From IMG/VR virus record IMGVR_UViG_3300029305_003710, positions 20,153 to 84,152 of that record: 64,000 nucleotides of DNA; one strand, 5' to 3'. This stretch comes from a virus (lineage: Duplodnaviria > Caudoviricetes). Made by a program: the position numbers and the translations under genes. Shown piece after piece: positions 1 to 7,648 of the stretch; positions within the stretch are counted from its first letter, which is position 1, and every line of letters begins with the position of its first letter. Below the pieces are notes generated by a model, which made no database searches, was not told the DNA's origin, and was given only the letters and a program-made list of their open reading frames with translations.

Positions 1-162
1 ACGCAGGAGGCGAGATTTTCCCTTAAACCTTTAGGGATTAGTCGAGATAGGAAGGAGACTTGGGAAGAAGAGAAGCGTCTTCGAGTAGATTTCTTTGACT
101 ATAATGACCCAACTGAAGAATTCGAAGTAATAGGAGCAAAGGGACTGGCGACCGATTTTTAA
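1..162 (+). CDS. 3' end of a CDS running in from upstream of the window (hypothetical)
   Basis: Frame 1 is open from base 1 to TAA at 160-162 (TQEARFSLKPLG...GLATDF*); no start in window. Confidence 0.5.
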   Translation, partial: TQEARFSLKPLGISRDRKETWEEEKRLRVDFFDYNDPTEEFEVIGAKGLATDF

Positions 163-166
163 CTTG

Positions 167-175
167 TGATATACT
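167..175 (+). promoter_or_regulatory. Extended -10 promoter for the deazaguanine cluster
   Basis: TGaTATACT (TATACT at 170-175), giving a ~90-nt leader before ATG 271. Confidence 0.55.
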
Positions 176-183
176 AGCCTTTA

Positions 184-262
184 GTTATATCGTTCCCCTC
201 AAAACGCTATAACAGAAACACTCTTTGGAGTAAACAGAAACAGCAAAAAAATGAAAGGGGAA
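184..262 (+). promoter_or_regulatory. Candidate SD-sequestering pseudoknot leader (riboswitch-like)
   Basis: Hairpin 184-213 (GTTATA-t-CGTT/AACG-c-TATAAC) with loop CCCCTCAA that can pair with AGGGG at 256-260 (the SD); small hairpin ACTC-tttg-GAGT 220-231. Confidence 0.3.
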
Positions 263-270
263 AACAACCA

Positions 271-909
271 ATGAAAAAGAATCTTGCCGATGTGAAGATG
301 TCCCGAATAGCTATCTACTCTATTGTCTCCTACGCAATTATCGCAGTAGCTAGCGACATTTTCGCCAACAAAATGCTCAATCTTGGTGGGTTGACTCTGG
401 CTGGAGGAATTCTTCTAGTCCCATTGTCCTTTTCCATTAGAGATTTGATGCATCGGTGTGTCGGATACGATAACGCCAAAAAGATTGTTTGGGCGACAGC
501 CTTTGTTAATCTGGTAGTGGCGGCTTTGCTCGTTCTGCTGGATATTCTCCCGGCTCTTAGCGGAGAGACTCAGACAATGTGGCATACCCTCATGGGGTCA
601 AGCTGGCGAATCATTGTCGCGTCCTTTATCGCTCAGTTAGTAGCAGACCTTTCCGATACCCATGTGTTTGAATGGTTCACTAGGAAATTTGGCGATAACA
701 AGACTTGGATAAGGGTTGCGGGGTCGAACGTGGTCTCCACATTCTTTGACTCGGTACTCTTTTCCTTCCTCGCTTTCTTCGGAGTTCTGCCGACAGAAGT
801 TATCTGGGCGAGCGTTCTGAGTTCCTTTGTGGTTAAATTTATCGTATCAGAGCTTGCCACCCCTATTGCGTACCTTACAAACAAAGTCGAGTATAAGACT
901 GAAAAATAA
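271..909 (+). CDS. yhhQ: Queuosine-precursor (preQ0/preQ1) transporter, VUT/YhhQ family
   Basis: Multi-TM protein with family-typical segments ANKM..GG..L.G.L..P.SF.I.D, RII.AS..A.L....D..VF and R..GSN..ST..DS..F..LAF.G. Confidence 0.85.
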   Translation: MKKNLADVKMSRIAIYSIVSYAIIAVASDIFANKMLNLGGLTLAGGILLVPLSFSIRDLMHRCVGYDNAKKIVWATAFVNLVVAALLVLLDILPALSGETQTMWHTLMGSSWRIIVASFIAQLVADLSDTHVFEWFTRKFGDNKTWIRVAGSNVVSTFFDSVLFSFLAFFGVLPTEVIWASVLSSFVVKFIVSELATPIAYLTNKVEYKTEK

Positions 910-914
910 TTTTA

Positions 915-946
915 TACCTCGCCGTTTGAGGGGCGGCGGGGTTATT
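915..946 (+). terminator. Hairpin/terminator-like element after yhhQ
   Basis: CCTCGCCG...CGGCGGGG stem followed by TTATTT. Confidence 0.45.
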
Positions 947-956
947 TAAGGAGAAT

Positions 957-1181
957 ATGAATTTTATCGAACTATCTGGCATTATTGCCTCCCTACTAGT
1001 ATTTGTATCGTTCTTGCCAACGGATATTAAGTTGATTCGGTGGCTTAATTTAGTAGGTAGTATCTTCTTTGTCATTTATGGCTTTTCGATTGGAGCTATA
1101 TGGACAGGCGTAACTAATGGAGGGTTATTCTTCGTCCAGCTTTATCATTTAATTAAACTATATTCTAAGAAGGAGAAATAA
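957..1181 (+). CDS. Small inner-membrane protein (YgjV-like)
   Basis: 74 aa, about three hydrophobic helices, IR.LNL.GS..F.IYG pattern. Confidence 0.6.
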   Translation: MNFIELSGIIASLLVFVSFLPTDIKLIRWLNLVGSIFFVIYGFSIGAIWTGVTNGGLFFVQLYHLIKLYSKKEK

Positions 1182-1547
1182 GTGGGAAAATACAATTCTT
1201 TAACAGATGAACAACAAGCGGAATACTTGAAGAACACCTATGGAGTAACGGAGATTACTCTATATGAGACCATTCAGCATTGGTGTCCTCTTGGAGACCA
1301 ACTCGGCACTACTAGGTATGAGATGATAATCGAACCAGGAAAGCAACTTGCCGAACTATGTGAATTGCATAAAAAGTTTACTGATATGGTAGGAACAACT
1401 TATTCTTTAGAAAGCGGATTAGGGCAGATTCTAAATATTCTAAAAGAGGCATACCCAGATTCGAAGTATATTAGAGTGACAGCTTCTTGCCCAACTAATA
1501 AACACATGGCCTGCGATGCCACAGCCGAATACTTTGGAGAGGAATAA
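1182..1547 (+). CDS. QueF-like T-fold protein
   Basis: CPLGDQ resembles the QueF CPxxGQPD active-site loop, followed by an I.P...L.EL..L segment; located in a 7-deazaguanine cluster. Confidence 0.55.
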   Translation: MGKYNSLTDEQQAEYLKNTYGVTEITLYETIQHWCPLGDQLGTTRYEMIIEPGKQLAELCELHKKFTDMVGTTYSLESGLGQILNILKEAYPDSKYIRVTASCPTNKHMACDATAEYFGEE

Positions 1548-2353
1548 TGCTCCTCTATTTTGCAGGATATTCAACCGATAAGGACATTTTCCAAGTTCCA
1601 GGGGCGGAAAACTTCCTTGAATCCTACCTCCTATTCAAGAATAAAGACTACAAGAAATTCCACGAGGAAAGACACCTGCTTGGCAAAAGGCTATTCCTTG
1701 ATTCTGGAGCTTTCTCCGCCTTCACTAGAGGAGAGAAGATTGATATTAATAAATACGCCGAGTTTCTCAAGCAAAATGAAGAGTATATTACTACTTATGC
1801 GACTCTGGACGTGATTGGAGATTGGAAAGGTACGGAAAGGAATACTAAATACCTTGAATCTAAAGGTTTGCACCCTCTTCCTACTTTTCATAATGGCTCT
1901 CCTTACGAAGTTTTAGAGAAAATGGTAGATGAATACGAAGGCGGATATATTGCTTTAGGGGGGTTAGTCCCTCTTTCCACGGACAGGAAGACTATGCAGG
2001 CTCACTTAGATAAATGCTTCTCGATTATTAAGACTCGGTGCAAAGTGCATGCATTTGGAGTGAATGGGGTCTGGGCGTGGCTCAGATACCCTTTTTATTC
2101 GGCAGACGCTACTAGTTGGCTCATGGGAGCAAAATTTAGGCACTTAGTTAATTGGAACCCTAAAACTCAAAAAATGGAGCAAGTAACTAAACGTACCAAA
2201 AAACTTACTACCGATATACCTTTGGTTTATAACGGACATTATGCCGAGATTAACAAACATAACGCCGCTGAATATGTTAAGGCAGCTAACTTCGCAACAA
2301 AACTGTGGGAATCTCGTGGTATTAAATGGGAATACCCGCCATTGAAAGGATAA
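1547..2353 (+). CDS. dpdA: DpdA-type 7-deazaguanine DNA transglycosylase (TGT fold)
   Basis: Motifs FLDSGAFS, LDVIGD, PTFH, IALGGLV, VHAFG and SADATSW typical of phage DpdA. Confidence 0.8.
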   Translation: MLLYFAGYSTDKDIFQVPGAENFLESYLLFKNKDYKKFHEERHLLGKRLFLDSGAFSAFTRGEKIDINKYAEFLKQNEEYITTYATLDVIGDWKGTERNTKYLESKGLHPLPTFHNGSPYEVLEKMVDEYEGGYIALGGLVPLSTDRKTMQAHLDKCFSIIKTRCKVHAFGVNGVWAWLRYPFYSADATSWLMGAKFRHLVNWNPKTQKMEQVTKRTKKLTTDIPLVYNGHYAEINKHNAAEYVKAANFATKLWESRGIKWEYPPLKG

Positions 2354-2354
2354 A

Positions 2355-3038
2355 ATGCAAGAAAAAGCTAAAGAATATTTTGAATTTAACCCAGACAAGT
2401 TAAAAAAGATTAGTATTGATAATCTTCGTCCGAATACTTGGAATCCAAAAGACCCCAATGCTCCAGAATTTGATAAGATTAAGGAATCCATTAGGATTAA
2501 TGGTTTAACACAACCAGTTTTTGTCAGGCAGAATAAAAATGACGAATCGGACTACGAAATTCTAGACGGAGAGAACCGCTATCGGGCTGCAAAAGAATTA
2601 GGGTTCACCGAAATTTACATTTATGACGAGGGAGAAGTTCCAGACGAACTAGCAAAAAGTTTTACTATTTTTCACCAACTACAAAATCCGTTTGACGAGC
2701 TTCAGCTTGCCCCTATTGTATTAGAGCTTAGCTCTTTGAGCTTTGAACTCCCTTACGAGGATAAGGAGATTGAGAAATTCAAGGACTTGACTCAGTTCAG
2801 TTTTGAAGATTATTCCACGGATGGGCCGGAACAGAAAGAAGATTTGGACGACCAATTTAAGACTCTTACGATTAGAATGACCGCAGAACAATTCGAGGAC
2901 GTTCAGAACGCAATTAAGACCGTCTCCGAGGGGGATAATGTTTCGGAGGGGAGGAGTCTTCAATTACTATGCGTTAATGGGTTAAATGGCTATCCCTTCG
3001 ACGGGACAGGAGATATTAACTTGGAGGACGAAGAATGA
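2355..3038 (+). CDS. ParB/Srx N-terminal domain protein
   Basis: I..L.PN.WNP, I.ESI..NG..QP..V, YEILDGENRYRAAKELG. Confidence 0.8.
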   Translation: MQEKAKEYFEFNPDKLKKISIDNLRPNTWNPKDPNAPEFDKIKESIRINGLTQPVFVRQNKNDESDYEILDGENRYRAAKELGFTEIYIYDEGEVPDELAKSFTIFHQLQNPFDELQLAPIVLELSSLSFELPYEDKEIEKFKDLTQFSFEDYSTDGPEQKEDLDDQFKTLTIRMTAEQFEDVQNAIKTVSEGDNVSEGRSLQLLCVNGLNGYPFDGTGDINLEDEE

Positions 3039-4762
3039 AAGCAATAGTTAGTTTAAGTGGCGGTAGAGACTCGGGTACTTTACTGGCTAAGGTAGTTAAA
3101 GAGTTAGGAGCGGAAAATGTTTACGCTATTTCTTTTGAATACGGGAGTAAGCATCCTGCCGAACTTGAGTGTGCTAAAAGGTTAGCCAAGTATTATGGAA
3201 TTAAAGAGCATAAGATTATCACTATCGACCCAAGTATTTTTCAAGGTTCAACCTGTACTCTATTAAAAGGCGGAAACGAAGTCCAGAAGGATATGACTTA
3301 CGATGAGATTATTGAAAGAGACGGAGAAGGACAAGTGGATACTTATGTTCCAGCCAGAAACTTTCTTTTCTCGGCATATACTTGTGCTTATGCGGAATCT
3401 AAGGCTCAGGAAACTGGAGATGAAGTAACTTATTATTTAGGGCAACACGCCGATGACGCTGCGGGTGCAGCATATTCCGACGCAGTAGCGAAAGGGTCGA
3501 TGATTTTGATGGCGGATGGAACGGAAAAGAAAATTGAAGATGTTGAAGTTGGGGATTTGATTTGGGCTTTTAATACTAAAACAAGAAAGCTGGAAAAGAG
3601 CCAAGTCTTTGATAAAATCTTTCAAGGGGTTCGTCCTGTTTACGCTACGGGTGGAGCGAAGGTATCGGCGAATCATATTATGTGGCGAGCGGGAACTCCT
3701 AATAAAAAGTTTTGTCCATTCAGCGATATGAAACGCAAAGATGCTACTTATAAAGCCTTCCGTTTCGACTTCGCTCCGCAAAAAATTGAAGATGAAAATA
3801 ATTTTATTAAAGGATATTTGTGGGGATTGATAGAAGGGGATGGGTGGCAAGGCAAGAGCCATAAAGGGAGTCGTATCGAATTAAATGTCTGTCAGAAGGA
3901 CGAGAGTGTTCTGAAAGAGGCATCTAGTTTGTTCGAAAAAGTTTATCGTTTGAAGCGGGAGATTCGAACTAGACAACGTAAAGATAATGATATGTATGTT
4001 TTATCTTTTGGCGTAGATAATAGTGAATTGTTATTGGCGGATATTGATGAGTTGCTTGATAATAGAGATTTTAGATTAGGATATCTCAACGGGATGATTA
4101 TCGCAGAGGGGTGCTATAATGGGTCTTATTGTGGTCGAGCTATTGAGTTTTGCCAGTCTGAAAAAGCGAACCCTGAAAAGGTAAAGTATATTGATGAGTG
4201 TATGAAGGTGGCTGGTTATTATCATCATCGTTATGTTGGGAAAAAAGATTTTTGTGTAAATTGGAAAATTCCTCGCGCGTTTTGTGTATGTCTTAAATAT
4301 GGGGCGGGTAAATTGGATTCTTTACATAAGAAAATGTGCAAACAAGTAAAGGTGGAGTCGTTAGCCCCCGCTATAAAGATTGATGGTATTGTAAGTGCAG
4401 AATACTTAGGAGAGCAAGAGTGTTATGATTTGACTACCTCGGCGGGCTCGTATTTTGCGGATGGTTTATTGGTTCATAACTGTAGCCCAGCCTTCACGGA
4501 AACAATGGCAAAAGCCACGGAAATTAGTTCGGAAGGACGAGTGCATACGGTTAGCCCGTTTATTAACCTGCATAAGTCAGATATTATTGAGCTAGCGATT
4601 AAACTCGGTTTGCCTCTGGGATATACTTTAAGTTGCTATGACCCGATTGAAAAAGACGGTTATATAGAAGAGTGCGGGAGGTGCGCTACCTGCCTAGATG
4701 TTAAAAAGGCAATGGAAAAGAATGGTCTGGAATATAAGCCCACTCGCGTAAAAATCGCATAA
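3035..4762 (+). CDS. queC: 7-cyano-7-deazaguanine synthase QueC, intein-containing
   Basis: SLSGGRDS PP-loop, YG.KH..E, TYVPARN, YSD|C, P.I.L.K.DI, T.SCY, CG.C.TC zinc site. Confidence 0.92.
   Translation: MKAIVSLSGGRDSGTLLAKVVKELGAENVYAISFEYGSKHPAELECAKRLAKYYGIKEHKIITIDPSIFQGSTCTLLKGGNEVQKDMTYDEIIERDGEGQVDTYVPARNFLFSAYTCAYAESKAQETGDEVTYYLGQHADDAAGAAYSDAVAKGSMILMADGTEKKIEDVEVGDLIWAFNTKTRKLEKSQVFDKIFQGVRPVYATGGAKVSANHIMWRAGTPNKKFCPFSDMKRKDATYKAFRFDFAPQKIEDENNFIKGYLWGLIEGDGWQGKSHKGSRIELNVCQKDESVLKEASSLFEKVYRLKREIRTRQRKDNDMYVLSFGVDNSELLLADIDELLDNRDFRLGYLNGMIIAEGCYNGSYCGRAIEFCQSEKANPEKVKYIDECMKVAGYYHHRYVGKKDFCVNWKIPRAFCVCLKYGAGKLDSLHKKMCKQVKVESLAPAIKIDGIVSAEYLGEQECYDLTTSAGSYFADGLLVHNCSPAFTETMAKATEISSEGRVHTVSPFINLHKSDIIELAIKLGLPLGYTLSCYDPIEKDGYIEECGRCATCLDVKKAMEKNGLEYKPTRVKIA
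3482..4480 (+). mobile_element. 333-aa intein with LAGLIDADG endonuclease in QueC; Ala at position 1
   Basis: N-term AVAKGSMILMADG, block B SANH, LAGLIDADG motifs YLWGLIEGDG and YLNGMIIAEG, C-term CYDLTT...LLVHN|C; removal restores YSDC. Confidence 0.9.
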
Positions 4763-4793
4763 AAATAGTAGAAATTTTGCTAAAATTTCTGGG

Positions 4794-4821
4794 AAATAAC
4801 CTTAGTATCGGGGTTATTTTT
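4794..4821 (+). terminator. Intrinsic terminator after queC
   Basis: AATAACC-ttagtatc-GGGGTTATT followed by a T-run. Confidence 0.5.
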
Positions 4822-4843
4822 TGGTGATTTTCATAAAAAAGTA

Positions 4844-4872
4844 TTGACTTTTCTAAGCAAGTGTGGTATAAT
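4844..4872 (+). promoter_or_regulatory. Sigma70-type promoter, leaderless transcript
   Basis: TTGACT-17 nt-TATAAT with TG extension; ATG 7 nt downstream at 4880. Confidence 0.75.
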
Positions 4873-4879
4873 ATAGGTA

Positions 4880-5179
4880 ATGGGGTTGAGATATAACCTC
4901 GATAAAAGAAAGGAATCTATGAGACTTGCTTCATTATATATCGACACCGACGGCAATATAAATGCTCATATCGTTGTCGATAACTACAAAATGATAAAAG
5001 CCCGCTATCATAAGGTCAATCCGCACCGCCCTACGTATCCGAATGTAACTTTTAAAGGAGAGGATTATGCAAGCGATTCTATGACCTTCTACGGTTACAG
5101 GAAGCGTCCTCGCTATCAAAGTTGGCAAAAAATACATACTTTGGTGCAAGAAGCCCTTAACGAAATGGAGGAGGAGTAA
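4880..5179 (+). CDS. Hypothetical protein
   Basis: 99-aa ORF directly after a consensus promoter. Confidence 0.6.
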   Translation: MGLRYNLDKRKESMRLASLYIDTDGNINAHIVVDNYKMIKARYHKVNPHRPTYPNVTFKGEDYASDSMTFYGYRKRPRYQSWQKIHTLVQEALNEMEEE

Positions 5180-5180
5180 T

Positions 5181-5537
5181 ATGCAGTATTATGCAGAAAT
5201 CCCTCCTGTTGCCACTATGACTGGTCGCAAAATGGAAAGTACTTGGTGGGGCGACTTCAGGGTGGCGGCTGAGCTTGGTGGATTAAAAGGTATCAAAGAT
5301 ACTTATAAACGGGGTTTAGCTCTTGCCAAGAGTGATAAAGTTTACGGAACCGAGTTTAGCCTAGTGCTGAACTGGTTGTGCTGGTTTTACGCTGGAGATA
5401 AAGTAGTTTTAGACGACAACTCGCCAGATACCCAAAAGGCTAAATTGTTTAAAGAGCTTTGGGAAGAGTTTGATAATTGGGTGATGGAGAACTGGAAGGG
5501 CGAAGACTTATCCTATTACATTTCGGAGACTGACTAA
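5181..5537 (+). CDS. Hypothetical phage protein
   Basis: Strong SD GGAGGAGG; tightly coupled ORF. Confidence 0.7.
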   Translation: MQYYAEIPPVATMTGRKMESTWWGDFRVAAELGGLKGIKDTYKRGLALAKSDKVYGTEFSLVLNWLCWFYAGDKVVLDDNSPDTQKAKLFKELWEEFDNWVMENWKGEDLSYYISETD

Positions 5538-5538
5538 A

Positions 5539-5991
5539 ATGAAAATTGTAGAAGCCGAACCTTTTGTTAAAACCCTAATGAACGATTATCTTCCTGATTG
5601 GGAGTTTAGATGGGATAGAGCCACTCGTAGATTTGGCTGTTGCCATCAAAACCTTAAAAGGATTACTCTTTCTAAAACCTTAACGGAACTCAACGAGTGG
5701 AACGATGTAAAAGACACTCTGCTCCATGAGATTGCCCACGCTTTAGCGGGAAATGGTCACGGTCATGATGGGGTTTGGAAAGCTAAATGTATTGAAATTG
5801 GGGCAAAACCTGAACGTTGTTATGATGAGTCGATTAAATGCCCGCCTCGAAAATGGAAGGGGACTTGCCCTGAATGTGGGAGAGTAATTTATAGAAGCCG
5901 TTGTCGAAATATAAGTTGTGGCAAATGTAGCAAAAATTATAATCCTAAATATAAGTTCGTCTGGGAAGAAAATAAGGAAGGAAAAAGTTAA
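5539..5991 (+). CDS. SprT-like zinc metalloprotease domain protein
   Basis: RRFGCC..., I.LS, LLHEIAHAL (HExxH), HGH...WK, C-terminal CxxC...CxxC. Confidence 0.85.
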   Translation: MKIVEAEPFVKTLMNDYLPDWEFRWDRATRRFGCCHQNLKRITLSKTLTELNEWNDVKDTLLHEIAHALAGNGHGHDGVWKAKCIEIGAKPERCYDESIKCPPRKWKGTCPECGRVIYRSRCRNISCGKCSKNYNPKYKFVWEENKEGKS

Positions 5992-5992
5992 A

Positions 5993-6151
5993 ATGGAAAA
6001 ACGCTTACTCGAAATCTACCGTCGTATTAGGGTAGAGGAAGTTAAATTAAAAGAGATTCCTAAAAGCAGACCGAAGGAATATCATTATCAATCCGGTTTG
6101 GTTGACGGATTAAAATTAGCCCGAGATTTAATTGAAGGGTATGGAGAATAA
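5993..6151 (+). CDS. Hypothetical protein
   Basis: 52-aa coupled ORF (MEKRLLEIY...). Confidence 0.5.
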   Translation: MEKRLLEIYRRIRVEEVKLKEIPKSRPKEYHYQSGLVDGLKLARDLIEGYGE

Positions 6152-6152
6152 T

Positions 6153-6482
6153 ATGATTTACGAAGAGGTAGCCGAGCAGATTTATGACGACCTACAACAC
6201 AACCGAATTACTACCTATGAGGAGTATAAGGAGAGGTTAGATAAGGAAAAAGGTGGGGCGGTGATAAACGAAATACTACACAACAGGTGGAGTTTTGGCT
6301 TCTGCGATATGTGCGGGGAATACATTAACTATGATGATGATGTCTGGTATAATGTTTGCTTAGCAGAACCCGAAGAACGAGAAGTGCTAGAAGAAACGCT
6401 ACCTGTCTATCAAAAGAAAGTCGGACACGAGATACAAGATGTTTGTTCTCTGTGTTGGCATAAGTTATTGGGAAAGAAATGA
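6153..6482 (+). CDS. Hypothetical protein with CxxC...CxxC zinc-binding motif
   Basis: CDMC and CSLC pairs; SD GGAG upstream. Confidence 0.6.
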   Translation: MIYEEVAEQIYDDLQHNRITTYEEYKERLDKEKGGAVINEILHNRWSFGFCDMCGEYINYDDDVWYNVCLAEPEEREVLEETLPVYQKKVGHEIQDVCSLCWHKLLGKK

Positions 6483-6664
6483 AAGTTGTTTTAGAGTTTG
6501 AGGGGACAGATTTAGAAAGTTTGAAGAACTTTGAGCGCGCCCTTTGTGCGAAAGATGAGAACTTTGAACTGATTGACAGCATACTTTGGGAGTTGGATTA
6601 CGGCGAGGGGGAGAGCATCCACCGAACCCCGTTCGGGGACATAACAATTAGACAGCAAACGTAA
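6479..6664 (+). CDS. Hypothetical protein
   Basis: 61-aa ORF with ATGA overlap. Confidence 0.55.
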   Translation: MKVVLEFEGTDLESLKNFERALCAKDENFELIDSILWELDYGEGESIHRTPFGDITIRQQT

Positions 6665-6682
6665 AAGGAGAAAATATAGATT

Positions 6683-6922
6683 ATGAGATACGCAATTACA
6701 ATACAAAATGGGGACGATTTTAATTCCGTCAATACCCTGATAGTAGAGGACAGGCTGGCAGAGGGGGAAGTGTCAGAGAAAAGTTGGCGGGACGGAGGCG
6801 AGGAACTGATAGATATTATACGAGAGTGCGGTTATCCCGAGCGAGAAGCCAAGAATATTGTAGAACACAGACTATACTTTATCGTTAACTGCGATGACAT
6901 AGATTATTATCCGCTATCTTGA
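6683..6922 (+). CDS. Hypothetical protein
   Basis: 79-aa ORF; SD AGGAG upstream. Confidence 0.55.
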   Translation: MRYAITIQNGDDFNSVNTLIVEDRLAEGEVSEKSWRDGGEELIDIIRECGYPEREAKNIVEHRLYFIVNCDDIDYYPLS

Positions 6923-6971
6923 AAAACAGGGGGAGGTTTGGTATATTTAAGGAAACTAACAAGGAGGCATT

Positions 6972-7481
6972 ATCGGTAGGTATTATAATAGTCAACATTT
7001 TGGGGGGAAATTTTCGTTCGGGGTTCAAGATTCGACTGACCCAGAGATTTTTGGTATGGAAGAAGACCCAACCTCTATTCATTATTATTTAGATGGTTCA
7101 GATGAGAATAAGGCGTATTGCAAGAAAGTGCTTGATGAACAATATGATATAGTAGGCTTCCCAAAGGAAAAGCGGGTCTATCATATTAATAATGAAAAGG
7201 AACTTGACCCTGTTTATAATGAGAACTCAAAACATATTTATAAAATAGTCAAACGAGCTGAAACCAACGAGATTATTGGCTACGGCGGTGAGAAAAACTG
7301 GTGGAAAGCATTTGCTCCGAAGGAACTACTTAATTTGACTGATGAGGAATTTGATAAGGAATATAAAGTTATTCCTGAATCGAATGAAAAGGTTTTGGCT
7401 GCTGCGAGAATTATCTTAGGAATTAAGATTCTTTCAGAATTAGAGCTAGATGGATATTGCGACTTGGATGCCGAATTGTAA
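6972..7481 (+). CDS. Conserved phage hypothetical protein; probable ATC start (first ATG at 7056)
   Basis: AAGGAGG at 6961-6967, then in-frame ATC GGT AGG TAT TAT (xGRYY...GKFSFGVQ.S.D...FG) resembling a phage family beginning MGRYY. Confidence 0.55.
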   Translation: MGRYYNSQHFGGKFSFGVQDSTDPEIFGMEEDPTSIHYYLDGSDENKAYCKKVLDEQYDIVGFPKEKRVYHINNEKELDPVYNENSKHIYKIVKRAETNEIIGYGGEKNWWKAFAPKELLNLTDEEFDKEYKVIPESNEKVLAAARIILGIKILSELELDGYCDLDAEL

Positions 7482-7495
7482 AATGCTCTAGAAGG

Positions 7496-7539
7496 CCTCT
7501 AAATTGCGTTCTAAGACGCCTTCAGTGTCGGAGACGATA
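7496..7539 (+). repeat. Dispersed degenerate DNA motif, copy A (intergenic)
   Basis: 36/44 nt identical, ungapped, to 32792-32835. Confidence 0.7.
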
Positions 7540-7613
7540 ACTGGAGCGTCTTTTTTGAAAAATCGCTCAGAATGCGAAATAAGCCCTTTTTAGAGCAATT
7601 AGGAAAAATATAC

Positions 7614-7642
7614 TTGATTAAGTTCGTTTTTTGTTATATAAT
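7614..7642 (+). promoter_or_regulatory. Sigma70-type promoter, leaderless transcript
   Basis: TTGATT-17-TATAAT; ATG 6 nt downstream at 7649. Confidence 0.7.
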
Positions 7643-7648
7643 TAGGTT

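Noticed and set aside
236-250. ACAGCAA in the yhhQ leader as a third DUF2828-type scaffold RNA
   Set aside because: It lacks the preceding GAC-containing stem and the matching 3' strand, so it is likely chance in an A-rich linker.
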